Notes: generated by a model not told the origin, from the sequence alone. 64,000 bases of DNA from a virus (IMGVR_UViG_3300037067_001811:1-64000); one strand, 5' to 3'; shown: positions 19,811-30,464, counted from the stretch's first letter. Numbers and translations are program-made.

Positions 19811-20350
19811 TTGGCTATAGATCGAGTCCACCCCCTAAAGCTCGAAGACCCTACTACAGGCGGGGACGATATTGACCAATTCCCTACTGAGCTTGACCCT
19901 CAAGAGGACCACATTGAGTGTGCTGGACTTGTAATAGACGACGCTGATAATCGTGACGAAGCAGTTCGGATTTACCGTACTGGCGACGACATGATGTTCA
20001 TGGACGTCAACAACCCTACTCCCTCCACGCTTTCAGATTTGTTGGCTGGTGGGGGCGGAGGCCTAACTGAGGAGCAGCATCGACTACTCCCTCAGAGTAC
20101 TCATTGGATTGACCAAACTAGTTACGATGAGGTCACTAGATCTGGAGGGAAGGTAACCTCAGTTGTGACCTGGGAGAGCCCCTCGAAGGTGAGGAAGATC
20201 AGAGAGGAGCTTATTACTAGGGTTAGTGGTTATGTGTCTCAGTTAGTCACATTAAATTATGACGGTTCAGGGGTCCTTCACGAAACACTGACTGAAGTCT
20301 TTACCCGAACTAGCGGTAGAGTGGTTAGCATAGCAAGAACCAGGGTTTGA
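19811..20350 (+). CDS. Hypothetical virion protein
   Basis: TTG start with SD GAGGA; C-terminal TRSG/TRVSG/TRTSG beta repeats. Confidence 0.6.
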   Translation: MAIDRVHPLKLEDPTTGGDDIDQFPTELDPQEDHIECAGLVIDDADNRDEAVRIYRTGDDMMFMDVNNPTPSTLSDLLAGGGGGLTEEQHRLLPQSTHWIDQTSYDEVTRSGGKVTSVVTWESPSKVRKIREELITRVSGYVSQLVTLNYDGSGVLHETLTEVFTRTSGRVVSIARTRV

Positions 20351-20429
20351 TGCTGGGTGCTGCTACAAGGCCCTATCCCACGGTAGGCATTGATAAAGCT
20401 GCTCTCAAGTTTACTCATTGAGGTAACTC

Positions 20430-23400
20430 ATGCCTTACGTGATTGGCGAAGTAGAAGTCACCAACGAAGTAACATTAGCTCCAAATGCGGTCATCTATGA
20501 TGGGGCCATCGTTGCAGATGGGGACTTATCCGTCAAGGTTAATGGATTCTATTACAATCTGGACGGGGACTATGGTCGATACGTTGGGTCTTCAGCTAAT
20601 GTTGTTGCAGACAACAGTGTCAACTATGTCTACTTGAATATCCTTGGTATCCTCACAATCAATGCCACGGGGTACCCAATAGGTTCTTACATCCAACTTG
20701 GACGTGTAGTAACTTCTGGCGGGTTCATTGTCAGGGTCATCTTAGAGCGACCTCTGTTGAGCGCTACCTTACCCTCGGGTGGGTTCGTACCAAACACTCT
20801 AACCCTTACAGCAGGGGCAGGGCTTACCGGAGGTGGGGATCTCTCTGCAAGTAGGACTTTTGATGTAGTAGCCAATGCTGATGGCTCCATTATCGTCAAT
20901 ACTAATGACATTCAAGTTGGGATCTTAGCTTCTGACACCCAACACGGAAGTCTAGGTGGAGGTAGTACTCACTCAGCAGCTACAACCTCAGTCAACGGGT
21001 TCATGTCCTCTTCGGACAAGACTAAGTTGGACGGAGTAGCCTCAGGAGCTACTAATACCCCACTGACCGCCACAGCCCCAGTAGATGTCACAAAGTCTAC
21101 AGCTGCAGTCGGTGTGGCAACTGATGCAGCTCGGGCTGATCACAAGCATAACATAACAACAGCTACTCCTGGGGCTACTACGCCCGGGGATAGTGCTGCT
21201 GAGGGAACGGCTACATCCCTTGCTCGGAGTGATCATCAGCATAGCCTTCCTTCGTTTGGGACAACCTCAACAACCTTCTGTGTCGGTAATGATTCTCGAC
21301 TGAGTGATGATCGAACAGCTTCTGGGATCCGAACGGCTACTACGGTAGTGGTAGTTTCAGGGGCAACAGCTCCTACCAACGGACAAGTCCTCACAGCCAC
21401 CTCAGGGACAGCCGCTGCTTGGTCAACCCCTGCATCGGGTGTTACTCTTGCATCAACAGCTCCCGCTGATGTTACGAAGGCAGCAGCAGCAGTAGGGGTA
21501 GGTACAACGGCGGCTAGGGATGACCATAAGCACAATGTGGTCACTAATACAGCCTCTACTATTACAGTAGGTGGATCTAACTCCGAGGGGACCGCAACGT
21601 CCCTTGCTCGTTCGGACCATACTCACCAGCTCCCTGCTTTTGGAACAGGCTCAGGAACATTCTGTCAGGGGAATGACTCTCGACTCTCGGATGATCGAAC
21701 AGCTACAGGTCTTCGAACTGCCACTACGGTGGTCTCGGTTTCAGCGGCCACAGCCCCTACTTCAGGTCAAGTCCTCACTGCTACCTCAGGGTCCGTTGCA
21801 ACTTGGCAGACCCCTGCATCGGGGGTAGTCTTAGCTTCAACTACTCCAGCTACGATTGATGCTACCTCCGGCGCAGTAGGAGTAGGTACTACAGCAGCTA
21901 GAAGTGATCACACTCATCAGGTCAATACCGGAACCCCCTCTACGATTGGTACCTCCAACGCTACAGGTAGTGCAGCTACTCTTGTCAGATCAGATCATGT
22001 TCACGCTCATGGGGATCAGACATCCGGGTCACTACATGCAGTAGTCAGTTCGTCCGGACATGGGTTCCAGCCTCAATCGAACCAAGCAGCTACTGTAGAC
22101 CCAGCTGTTGGGAACGATAACACTCAAGGCTACTTAGCAGGATCCAATTGGCTTAATACCACAGCCCAAACGAGGTGGACTGCCATAAGTGTGGCTACTG
22201 GAGCTGCTGTCTGGAAAAAGTACCTATTTGCTGGATCGGAGACTTACTCTAATGGAGGTGAGGCAGGGACTGCTAACCGAACATTAGGTAACACTGATGC
22301 CTATTCATTGTCCTTCATTACTAGTAATCTATCTAGGTTTACTGTCAATGCGGATGGCTCAGTTGTAATAACTCCAAGTACTTCATCGGCAGTAGCCTTT
22401 GCGGTTAAAGCTACTGCAAGTCAAACAGGCCCCCTTCTGGAGATGCAGGATAGTGCAGGCGACCCTATTTCGGCCTTCGACTATCGAGGTTGGTTTAACG
22501 TTAGTCCAGGTACTGCTGCATTCCCTCAAGCCCCTATATCTATCTCGGTAGGTCCCGCTAACAGCTATATTCAACTTGTTGTTCAAAACACCAATGCGGG
22601 TGATGCTTCAAGTTCGGATTTGGTTGCCACTGCGGATAATGGGGATAACAGCACCTACTATGTAGATCTTGGGATCAACGGTTCAACTTATGCTGATCCC
22701 ACCTACAGTATCACAGGGGCGAATGACTCCTACCTCTTCAATTATGACGGTCACCTTGTCATAGCCTCGGCTAGCACGGGGAAGGTCATTAAGTTCGGTA
22801 CTGGAGGTACAACTTCTTCAAACTTGAGGATGACCCTCAGTGATAGTGGATTGGCAATGGCTACGTTGCCAATCAGTGGTGTGGTGGATCCCACTAATCC
22901 CCAGGATGTAGCTACAAAGAACTATGTGGACTCAGGTGTACAGCTCCACCCAGCCTGTCGAGTCGCTACTACGGCAAGTATAACCCTATCGGGAACTCCC
23001 AGTATCGATGGGATCTCAGTTGTAGCTGGGGATCGAGTTCTCTGTAAAGACCAGTCCACTGCTGCTGATCGAGGGATCTACATTGTTGCAGCAGGGGTTT
23101 GGTCAAGAGCACTTGACTTTGCTACCTCTACTCAAGCCAATACTGGGCTAGTAGTTTACATCCGAACTGGTAATGCGAATGGGAATACCTTCTGGTCGTT
23201 GACCACTCAACCAGTGATCAACCTAGGGGTAACCTCACTTACTTTCTCCAGGGCGGACCTGGATGCAACCTCCCCTGTCAATGTCACTAAGGTAGCTGCC
23301 TCTGCTGGGACCTCCAACTACGTAGCTAGGGTAGATCACAAGCACGATATCACGACGGCAGCAGCTTCAACTCTCTCTGTAGGAGGTTCCAACGCTGAAG

Positions 23401-25064
23401 GGACAGCCACTTCGATTGCTCGAAGTGATCACACTCATGCTCTCCCCGCATTTGGGACAACTTCAGGGACATTCTGTCAAGGGAATGATTCTCGACTTTC
23501 GGATGATCGAACAGCTTCTGGGTTGAGGACAGCTACTACAGTAGTTGTCATCTCAGCGGCAACAGCCCCTTCAGCTGGTCAGGTACTTACAGCATCTTCA
23601 ACTACCCTCGCTACTTGGGTTACTCCTCTTGCTTTGGCATCAGCAGCTCCGGCGAACGTTACCAAGGCCACTGCGGCCGTAGGTACAGGGACAACTGCTG
23701 CAAGAAATGATCACAAGCACGACATCACTACAGCAGCAGCTTCAACTCTCTCTGTAGGGGGTTCTAATGCTGAAGGGACAGCCACCTCGATCGCTCGAAG
23801 TGATCACACTCATGCTCTCCCCGCATTTGGGACAACTTCAGGGACATTCTGTCAAGGGAATGATTCTCGACTTTCGGATGATCGAACAGCTTCTGGGTTG
23901 AGGACAGCTACTACAGTAGTTGTCATCTCAGCGGCAACAGCCCCTTCAGCTGGTCAAGCCCTAGTAGCTTCCTCAAGCACTCTTGCTACATGGCAGACAG
24001 TAGCTACTCTTACTTCGAGTGCCCCGGCGAACGTTACCAAGGCAACCGCGGCAGTAGGTGTAGGGACAGCAGCCGCAAGGGATGATCACAAGCACGACAT
24101 CACTACAGCAGCCCCCTCAACCCTAGCAGCAGGAGGGTCTAACACAGAAGGGACAGCAACTTCGATCGCTCGAAGTGACCATGTCCATGCTCTTCCGGCC
24201 TACGGAACAACCTCAGGTACATTCTGTCAGGGGAATGATTCTCGACTGAGTGATGATCGAACAGCTTCAGGGTTGAGGTCAGCAACTACGGTAGTCTCGG
24301 TTTCGGCAGCAACAGCCCCTTCAGCTGGTCAAGCCCTAGTAGCCACCTCTTCAACGGCAGCAACATGGCAGGCAGTAGCCACTCTTACTTCGAGTGCCCC
24401 GGCGAACGTTACTAAGGCAGCAGCGGCAGTAGGGGTAGGGACAGCAGCCGCAAGGGATGATCACAAGCACGACATCACAACGGCAGTTGTAGTGGCTATC
24501 GGTTCGGCTAATGCTGAGGGAAGCTCTACATCTCTCTCAAGAGCTGATCATGTTCATGCTCATGGGCATGCCTTGCTTCAGCAAATGATGTTTGCTCCAG
24601 ATTTTGATGACCCCAGTACAGAGTGGTCTATTTCTATCGCTGCTGCACTTGCAGCAGATACTGTAAACCCAGCGGTATTGATTCGTAGGTTTGATGATAC
24701 CACTCAAGAAGGGGTTGGTTGGAGCGTCCATATTCCGACAGGGGTTACTCAGGTCACCTTTACTTTTATGGCAAAGGCCCTCACTTCACCTGCCGCTACT
24801 CGAACAGTTGGTTTGGCTTTGAAGAAGCGTGAGGTTCCGCATAATACGTCTCTGGGTGCTTGGTCCTCTTCAACTCTGACTGATCTGTCTTTCCCGACCA
24901 ACGTGACATTTCAAAGTTCGAATCAGACCGTAACTTTGGCGACTTTGGGTCTAACTGCCGGTAGTATATATCAATTGGAAATGGTACGTCAAAACCCATC
25001 TGCCGGCACAAATCTTACTGGAGACTTGGGTCTTTTCATGCTCAAGGCAGAATGGTTGCCGTGA
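20430..25064 (+). CDS. Long tail fibre with 125-128 aa repeats and HxH motifs
   Basis: 1544 aa, T/A/S/G-rich; 14 DHxH motifs; DPTNPQDVATKNYVD; GNDSRLSD repeats. Confidence 0.85.
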   Translation: MPYVIGEVEVTNEVTLAPNAVIYDGAIVADGDLSVKVNGFYYNLDGDYGRYVGSSANVVADNSVNYVYLNILGILTINATGYPIGSYIQLGRVVTSGGFIVRVILERPLLSATLPSGGFVPNTLTLTAGAGLTGGGDLSASRTFDVVANADGSIIVNTNDIQVGILASDTQHGSLGGGSTHSAATTSVNGFMSSSDKTKLDGVASGATNTPLTATAPVDVTKSTAAVGVATDAARADHKHNITTATPGATTPGDSAAEGTATSLARSDHQHSLPSFGTTSTTFCVGNDSRLSDDRTASGIRTATTVVVVSGATAPTNGQVLTATSGTAAAWSTPASGVTLASTAPADVTKAAAAVGVGTTAARDDHKHNVVTNTASTITVGGSNSEGTATSLARSDHTHQLPAFGTGSGTFCQGNDSRLSDDRTATGLRTATTVVSVSAATAPTSGQVLTATSGSVATWQTPASGVVLASTTPATIDATSGAVGVGTTAARSDHTHQVNTGTPSTIGTSNATGSAATLVRSDHVHAHGDQTSGSLHAVVSSSGHGFQPQSNQAATVDPAVGNDNTQGYLAGSNWLNTTAQTRWTAISVATGAAVWKKYLFAGSETYSNGGEAGTANRTLGNTDAYSLSFITSNLSRFTVNADGSVVITPSTSSAVAFAVKATASQTGPLLEMQDSAGDPISAFDYRGWFNVSPGTAAFPQAPISISVGPANSYIQLVVQNTNAGDASSSDLVATADNGDNSTYYVDLGINGSTYADPTYSITGANDSYLFNYDGHLVIASASTGKVIKFGTGGTTSSNLRMTLSDSGLAMATLPISGVVDPTNPQDVATKNYVDSGVQLHPACRVATTASITLSGTPSIDGISVVAGDRVLCKDQSTAADRGIYIVAAGVWSRALDFATSTQANTGLVVYIRTGNANGNTFWSLTTQPVINLGVTSLTFSRADLDATSPVNVTKVAASAGTSNYVARVDHKHDITTAAASTLSVGGSNAEGTATSIARSDHTHALPAFGTTSGTFCQGNDSRLSDDRTASGLRTATTVVVISAATAPSAGQVLTASSTTLATWVTPLALASAAPANVTKATAAVGTGTTAARNDHKHDITTAAASTLSVGGSNAEGTATSIARSDHTHALPAFGTTSGTFCQGNDSRLSDDRTASGLRTATTVVVISAATAPSAGQALVASSSTLATWQTVATLTSSAPANVTKATAAVGVGTAAARDDHKHDITTAAPSTLAAGGSNTEGTATSIARSDHVHALPAYGTTSGTFCQGNDSRLSDDRTASGLRSATTVVSVSAATAPSAGQALVATSSTAATWQAVATLTSSAPANVTKAAAAVGVGTAAARDDHKHDITTAVVVAIGSANAEGSSTSLSRADHVHAHGHALLQQMMFAPDFDDPSTEWSISIAAALAADTVNPAVLIRRFDDTTQEGVGWSVHIPTGVTQVTFTFMAKALTSPAATRTVGLALKKREVPHNTSLGAWSSSTLTDLSFPTNVTFQSSNQTVTLATLGLTAGSIYQLEMVRQNPSAGTNLTGDLGLFMLKAEWLP
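21050..22010 (+). repeat. Tail-fibre repeat block 1 (384 bp period)
   Basis: Equivalent DHxH codons at 21138, 21522 and 21906. Confidence 0.8.
23260..24565 (+). repeat. Tail-fibre repeat block 2 (375 bp period, near-identical DNA)
   Basis: gatcacaagcacga at 23334, 23709, 24084 and 24459. Confidence 0.9.
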
Positions 25065-25071
25065 GGTACTT

Positions 25072-25779
25072 ATGGCAATGAACTTCGTTGGATCTAGTTC
25101 GCAGCGGTTAACTCTAAGTAGTTCTCTGTCAACGTTCCGAAACGTGACAGGGGGTACCTGCATGTGCTGGGTGAATCTGCAAGGTACTCTCCCGACTACT
25201 GAAACTATTATCATGTACTTTTCTACAGGTACAACCACTACGAGTATTAGGTTTGGGGTGTCCTTTCGCGGGCAGATTACTAGATTCAGAGCAGCGGCTC
25301 GAAGACTTGATGCTAACTCTGTTTCAACTGTAGATGGAACAACAGCACCAGTCTCTGGTACTCTTTATCATGTATGTGCGGTGGCTGCATTCAATAGTAC
25401 TGCTTTGCGGATATATGTTAATGGAGTACAAGAGAACTCCATTACTATTGCTGGGTGGACAGGTGCTACCTCGAACACTGCCTCTTTATCAGCTTATATT
25501 GCCTCAAATAATACAGGTTCTTATTTCACTGGCATCATAACTGATGCCCGGACCTACAATAGAGCTCTGAGTGCTCAGGAGGTTCTTAACATCTATGGGG
25601 CTCGAGGTCGTGATTCCGTTGTAGATGGGATGCAGGACCGATGGAAGATGGTCGATAACCCGCCAGGGTACAACGGGACTCCTCAATCCATAGGGTTACT
25701 ACAGGCTTGGCCATCGCAGACAAATAACCCCTTGTTTGCTGAGAACATGGGGATCACATCCCGAAGTAAGGGTATGTGA
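25072..25779 (+). CDS. LamG/concanavalin A-like lectin domain protein (possible receptor binding)
   Basis: LYHVCAV...RIYVNGV...FTGIITDARTYNRALSAQEV. Confidence 0.85.
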   Translation: MAMNFVGSSSQRLTLSSSLSTFRNVTGGTCMCWVNLQGTLPTTETIIMYFSTGTTTTSIRFGVSFRGQITRFRAAARRLDANSVSTVDGTTAPVSGTLYHVCAVAAFNSTALRIYVNGVQENSITIAGWTGATSNTASLSAYIASNNTGSYFTGIITDARTYNRALSAQEVLNIYGARGRDSVVDGMQDRWKMVDNPPGYNGTPQSIGLLQAWPSQTNNPLFAENMGITSRSKGM

Positions 25780-25791
25780 GTTAGGTACATA

Positions 25792-26391
25792 ATGGCAAAT
25801 GTGATCAATAAGACTACGATGGAAGTACGGCTAAGTGTCAATACTCCCGACTTCCCTGAGACCGAGTGGGCAATCAACACGGACATCTCTCTTCTTGGTA
25901 CCACGTCACAGAACAGGCTTAAGTTTGACTCTAATTTCAATCTGATTCTGAAGTCTGCAGAAGAGATAGTTATCACTGAGGCAGCAGAGCTTACTCAAAT
26001 CAAGCTTGATTACCTTTCAATTGTTAATGACGCAGGAGAGGCTTATATCGTTAAGGGTCCGGGGGTAGAGTACCCCCCTGGATCTGGGATGCACCTCTCC
26101 GTCAGTCAGAATGCTCAACTTAAGTGGATGGGGTTGGCTGCGATTGCAGATCAATGGGAAGCTATGGGGCGCACCTGGCCGATACGAGTTAGGACGATTG
26201 ATGATGCCTACTACGTTGACGTACCTGATGCGGATTCAGTTAGAACAGTTTTCGCAATGATGGCCAATTTCATTAATCAAGTACTTGACGGGTCCGAGTT
26301 GGTTAAAGTTGTGATCAACCTAGCGACTACCAAAGAGGAAGTCATTGCGGCTACTGATGCCTACTTGGCTACGGTACCCGTGAGGCAATAA
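25792..26391 (+). CDS. Tail fibre-associated/assembly protein
   Basis: Follows the fibre genes; C-terminal INLATTKEEV motif typical of fibre-associated proteins. Confidence 0.5.
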   Translation: MANVINKTTMEVRLSVNTPDFPETEWAINTDISLLGTTSQNRLKFDSNFNLILKSAEEIVITEAAELTQIKLDYLSIVNDAGEAYIVKGPGVEYPPGSGMHLSVSQNAQLKWMGLAAIADQWEAMGRTWPIRVRTIDDAYYVDVPDADSVRTVFAMMANFINQVLDGSELVKVVINLATTKEEVIAATDAYLATVPVRQ

Positions 26392-26496
26392 ACGTTTGGT
26401 CCAAAGGATCTAGTACCAAGGTTGCCTTAGCTTCCAAGTTTAGGGTTACCTGGAGAGACGTTTCTAAGTATCGAACTTGGAAGGAAGTAGGCTGAG

Positions 26497-27357
26497 ATGC
26501 GATGCCTTTGCTTATCAGGAGGAGGCGACAAAGGTGCCTACCAAGTGGGAGCCCTTAAGAAGTGGATGGTTGAGGATTCAATTGAATATGACGCTTTTTG
26601 CGGCGTATCAGTTGGAAGTATCAACAGTGCCTTCTTAGCTCAGTTTCCTGCTGGGGACCCTCAGAAGGCTTGGGCTGAACTTAAGAGGGTCTGGGATAGG
26701 GTCAACTCCAAGAACGTCAAGAAGAGCTGGTTCCCCTTCGGAGTCCTCTCAGCGGCTTGGAAGACGTCCATCTACAACTCAAAACCTCTCCAGAAGTGGA
26801 TCTTGTCAGAGTTAGACCAAGCTAAGGTAGTGAGCTCTGGGAAGAAACTTCGGGTGGTCTCTGTCTCCTGGGATACCGCCAAGTCTCATGTGGCAACTGA
26901 AGCTGATCCTAAGATCGCTAGTAGGGTTCTAGCTAGCGCTTCATTCCCAGTGATGTTGAACCCTATTGGTATTGATGGGGAGCAATGGTCTGACGGTGGA
27001 CTAAGAAGTGTTACTCCTCTTGGGGAGGCTATTCGATTGGGCGCTGATGAGATCGATGTCATTATGTGCTCAAATCCGGACCTATTCCCTTCTTTCAATA
27101 CAAAGTCTGGTGCAGTACCCGGTCATCTCATGAGAGCTCTGGATATCCTATCCTCTCAGATTGAGGTAGCCGACCTGAAAATCTGTGGTTACAAAAATGA
27201 CTTGGCGGAGCTCAAACCTGAGTACCGAAAAATCAAGATCCGCCTGCTTCAACCGAGTGTGATTCTCACTGAAGATTCCCTCTCCTTCGATCCAAAAGAC
27301 ATCCAGAGAATGATGACTACAGGCTATGAGGATGCCTGCAAGTTAGGTTCTGGTTGA
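26497..27357 (+). CDS. Patatin-like phospholipase
   Basis: LSGGGDKG, GVSVG (catalytic Ser), ASASFP, DGG (catalytic Asp). Confidence 0.92.
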   Translation: MRCLCLSGGGDKGAYQVGALKKWMVEDSIEYDAFCGVSVGSINSAFLAQFPAGDPQKAWAELKRVWDRVNSKNVKKSWFPFGVLSAAWKTSIYNSKPLQKWILSELDQAKVVSSGKKLRVVSVSWDTAKSHVATEADPKIASRVLASASFPVMLNPIGIDGEQWSDGGLRSVTPLGEAIRLGADEIDVIMCSNPDLFPSFNTKSGAVPGHLMRALDILSSQIEVADLKICGYKNDLAELKPEYRKIKIRLLQPSVILTEDSLSFDPKDIQRMMTTGYEDACKLGSG

Positions 27358-27438
27358 TCTTCTTATACGCCTTGATCCAGTGAACCCTGTTTACTGGAGC
27401 TTGGTCCACTACCCCAAGACCTCACTAGGAGTCTCGAG

Positions 27439-28362
27439 ATGCTAAGGTTAGCCCATACACATGCTTCGACTGGTGTCATCCTAATCAATGACATTGACGA
27501 TGGACTCCCTAATAAGACAGCGAAACGGGGAGTTGGAGACAAGAACACTTACCAAAGGGACGGTAACTCCCTAGGTGGCACGGACCGGAGCCGTGCTACT
27601 GACATCAACAACCCCAAGCAGAAGTGCTATGTCCCCTACTGGAAAGCCGGTAGCAACGATAGTATTCCTGGGTACATTGACTTGAAGGAGTCGGACAGGG
27701 TTCTTCTCAGTCAAGATCACGGAGTTATCTACGGATTGGCGCACAAGAGCCCCTCTCCGCTCATCACAGTGACTTCGTTCTCCCCGAGTGACTTGGCGAC
27801 CCCAACGATCACGGCTGCTAACGTCGCTGCTGGTGGTACTTACCTTCTGACTATCACTGGGACTAAGTTCCTCTCTTTGGCTCCCGACCTATCGACGGTG
27901 ACCATCGGTACGACGGTTATCACCTCTGCTCAGATCCTTGCAGGGGTTGGAGGCGTCTTCACCGATACCTCCATCGTGGTTCCGGAAGCTCTAATTCCAA
28001 CCAGCATGATTGTTGGTACGACATTGGTCTACGTGACGGCGGATAACCAGAACGTAAGTCACGCAATTGCAGTGACCAACTCGGCACCTGTCCTGGGTGT
28101 TGGTGGTGCAGTTCTCTCCACAGACCTGACCCTAACGGGTACTGGGTTCCGTTCGATCCTACCGAACCTCACTTCAGTGATCATCACTGGGGACGGAGCT
28201 GTGACTCTAACCGCAGCTCAGATTCTTGCGGTAGCTCCAGGGGCTATCACAGATACCACCATTGTGATCGATTCCACTCTGATCCCAGGCGTGGTTACAA
28301 CCACTTCATCGGCTCAGGTTTCGGCTAACGCCCTAACTTCGGCAGTCCAAGCTATCGTCTGA
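27439..28362 (+). CDS. Virion protein with two Ig/IPT-like domains
   Basis: Internal duplication L.TGT.F.S..P.L..V...T.AQILA...TDT.IV; SD AGGAG; late motif at 27355. Confidence 0.65.
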   Translation: MLRLAHTHASTGVILINDIDDGLPNKTAKRGVGDKNTYQRDGNSLGGTDRSRATDINNPKQKCYVPYWKAGSNDSIPGYIDLKESDRVLLSQDHGVIYGLAHKSPSPLITVTSFSPSDLATPTITAANVAAGGTYLLTITGTKFLSLAPDLSTVTIGTTVITSAQILAGVGGVFTDTSIVVPEALIPTSMIVGTTLVYVTADNQNVSHAIAVTNSAPVLGVGGAVLSTDLTLTGTGFRSILPNLTSVIITGDGAVTLTAAQILAVAPGAITDTTIVIDSTLIPGVVTTTSSAQVSANALTSAVQAIV

Positions 28363-28495
28363 GCCTAACGTGGAGAGTCAACCTAGCCTAATTCACGTTT
28401 TGGACAGGGAAGCTGACTCTTTCCGACGACTGGACAATTTCTGGAGGCCAAAAAACCTCTTCCTCCAGATCCAAACCCAAGAACTAATGAGGGAC

Positions 28496-28735
28496 ATGAA
28501 CCATCGATATGCAGAACTGAAGGCTGGTGAGGGAGAGCTAATGAAGCTTGAACGAGCCAGTACCTATCAGAAGCAGCTTCGGCGGTTAGAGTTCATCATC
28601 AGACGTGCAAAGTTCGTTCGCCTGTCCAATCAATTAGCTTTTGGGCAGGCGGTTTCAGACTTTTACACGGTATATGGGAAGATGCTCAGATTTCTGAAGT
28701 TTGATCAGGCAAGAGGTAAGTTACAATCCGCGTAG
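28496..28735 (+). CDS. Small basic hypothetical protein
   Basis: ATG 28496 with SD GAGGGA; the upstream part of the ORF-track call looks like a structured leader. Confidence 0.5.
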   Translation: MNHRYAELKAGEGELMKLERASTYQKQLRRLEFIIRRAKFVRLSNQLAFGQAVSDFYTVYGKMLRFLKFDQARGKLQSA

Positions 28736-28755
28736 TTTTGCAGGAGGACTCTTTT

Positions 28756-29577
28756 ATGTTCATCGCAGTCATTCGTCGGGATCTCAACAAGTCGATCTTT
28801 CTTGCAGATGTTGAGCCTAAATCCATTGCAAATGCTTCAACCGAATCCCCACGAGGACAGGCTCGATATCTATCACCTCCTGACCCGGTGGCGATCCAAG
28901 CCTATCTCACAGCTCAGAGCCTTACAGGGACCGCTGCAGCATTGATTGCGGCTACAGTACCCACCTATACGGGTGGGGCGATTACTCTGAGCAACTACAA
29001 CATCTCCAAGACCCAGATTGAAACGGTCACTGGTGCGACTACCACCACTCAGGCAGCTGCCATTCAGAACCTTCTTGCCAAGCACTTCGTTGAGACGGAT
29101 GTGGTCAAGAAGAGCTTCTTGAACGGCAACATCAAGGGGTACTTGTCCCCTTACGTCGCTTCACCTCTAAGCGGATTCAATCCGGATCCCCATCGAGATC
29201 CAGCTCTCACTCCAGGTCAAGCCATTGTCTGTTTAGCTGATGATGGTTCTACCCAGTTTGCAGTGCTGACTCCGATTGTCACAGGTGCTGCTACTGACAC
29301 TCCCGGAGCAGGGGCTCTGAGGATTACTGGTTCTTCTGGTGGCTTGTCTGGGTACGGTCTCTATGAGACTGCCGTGATCCTTCTAGGGCAAGGGGCAAAG
29401 AAAATTACTCAGCAGCAGATCTTGGCTGGTGGCGGGACAATCACCGACACTCAGATTGACATCCCAGCAGCAGTTGTCCTAGGGGTGGGTAATACGGCTG
29501 GTGCCATCGCTGCAACCCTCACTCAGGTTCGAGTGGTGGTCAACGACATGGTATCTCCTGTGTTCGTCTGCACCTGA
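28756..29577 (+). CDS. Virion protein with C-terminal Ig/IPT-like domain (paralog of 27439..28362)
   Basis: ITQQQILAGGGTITDTQIDIP matches the repeats of 27439..28362; SD AGGAGG before ATG 28756. Confidence 0.65.
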   Translation: MFIAVIRRDLNKSIFLADVEPKSIANASTESPRGQARYLSPPDPVAIQAYLTAQSLTGTAAALIAATVPTYTGGAITLSNYNISKTQIETVTGATTTTQAAAIQNLLAKHFVETDVVKKSFLNGNIKGYLSPYVASPLSGFNPDPHRDPALTPGQAIVCLADDGSTQFAVLTPIVTGAATDTPGAGALRITGSSGGLSGYGLYETAVILLGQGAKKITQQQILAGGGTITDTQIDIPAAVVLGVGNTAGAIAATLTQVRVVVNDMVSPVFVCT

Positions 29578-29685
29578 GTCTAGTCGGTAAGCTTCGGCCC
29601 CCTATAAAGGGGGCCGCCTAGATGTAAAACTGAACCCAAATCACACTGTACTTCTTGACTACACCCAGATTTAGATGAGGATTGA

Positions 29686-29940
29686 ATGACAACTAAAGGA
29701 AACCCTGGTAAGGAGTTCCGAACTCCTGATTTGTACTTCGCTGCATACCTCCAGACGGCTGGAGTGGAGATGTTGCGTCCGGACAGAGAGAACAACCGAG
29801 TGTTCTTTGTCTTCGACACCTCCATAGCGAACATAGAAGAGTTGAAGGCTGGGTGGTTCAACAATACCGCCAAGGTCCCAGCTCAACCTTACGCGAACAA
29901 TATCAAAAGCCTCAAGTCAGTGTGTCATATGCAGGGGTGA
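29686..29940 (+). CDS. DUF5659-like small protein
   Basis: DLYFAAYL..AG.......RVFFVF pattern; SD GAGGA. Confidence 0.65.
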   Translation: MTTKGNPGKEFRTPDLYFAAYLQTAGVEMLRPDRENNRVFFVFDTSIANIEELKAGWFNNTAKVPAQPYANNIKSLKSVCHMQG

Positions 29941-30029
29941 TTACCATCCCTTCTACTTCGACAATTCATTGATTCCTTGCTCTAGGTGAGTGTGCCTAGA
30001 GCATTGAACTCTTGAGTTGGGAGTAGGTT

Positions 30030-30443
30030 ATGGCAGACGTTGATATTGCTGCAACACTAGATGGGGACTCCTCTGTAACTGCTGGTCTTATGGCTCAGTA
30101 TGCTCTGCATACTGCCCTATCTGGATCTTCCCTTCTAATGGGTACTCTGACCATCCTGGATACAGATACAATCAGCTTCTCAGGTGATTCAGGTATTAGT
30201 GCTCAAGCCTCAATGAGGTATGGGTTGGCATCAGGCCTTCTAGGGGAGTCTCTAGTTGATGCTTTTCCAACCTGGGTAGGAGCTCCAAGACCCTCCCCAA
30301 CAACCCCTTCTTCTAACTCAGCGGCTACCCTCCAACAATTCATTGATGCGCTGGGGAATGGTAGGTCTGCGTCGAAGACTCAGACACGTCAATCAATGGC
30401 GGTGGATAAGAAGCCACCAACTAAGCCCTTCGTACCACGGTAA
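30030..30443 (+). CDS. Hypothetical virion protein with L.GDS repeats
   Basis: N-terminus paralogous to 30927..31583. Confidence 0.6.
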   Translation: MADVDIAATLDGDSSVTAGLMAQYALHTALSGSSLLMGTLTILDTDTISFSGDSGISAQASMRYGLASGLLGESLVDAFPTWVGAPRPSPTTPSSNSAATLQQFIDALGNGRSASKTQTRQSMAVDKKPPTKPFVPR

Positions 30444-30464
30444 TTGAAAAGGAGACACTAAGTC

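Noticed and set aside
20350-20423. 23-codon ORF between 19811..20350 and the tail fibre
   Set aside because: Too short, with no supporting motif
20430-25064. Fibre repeats as DGR template/variable repeats or an invertible cassette
   Set aside because: Repeats are tandem and in frame; differences are not adenine-specific; no reverse transcriptase or invertase is in the window
29595-29616. GC hairpins at 29595 and 60408 as intrinsic terminators
   Set aside because: Neither has a U tract; both are followed by AGATG tracts and are treated as leader elements
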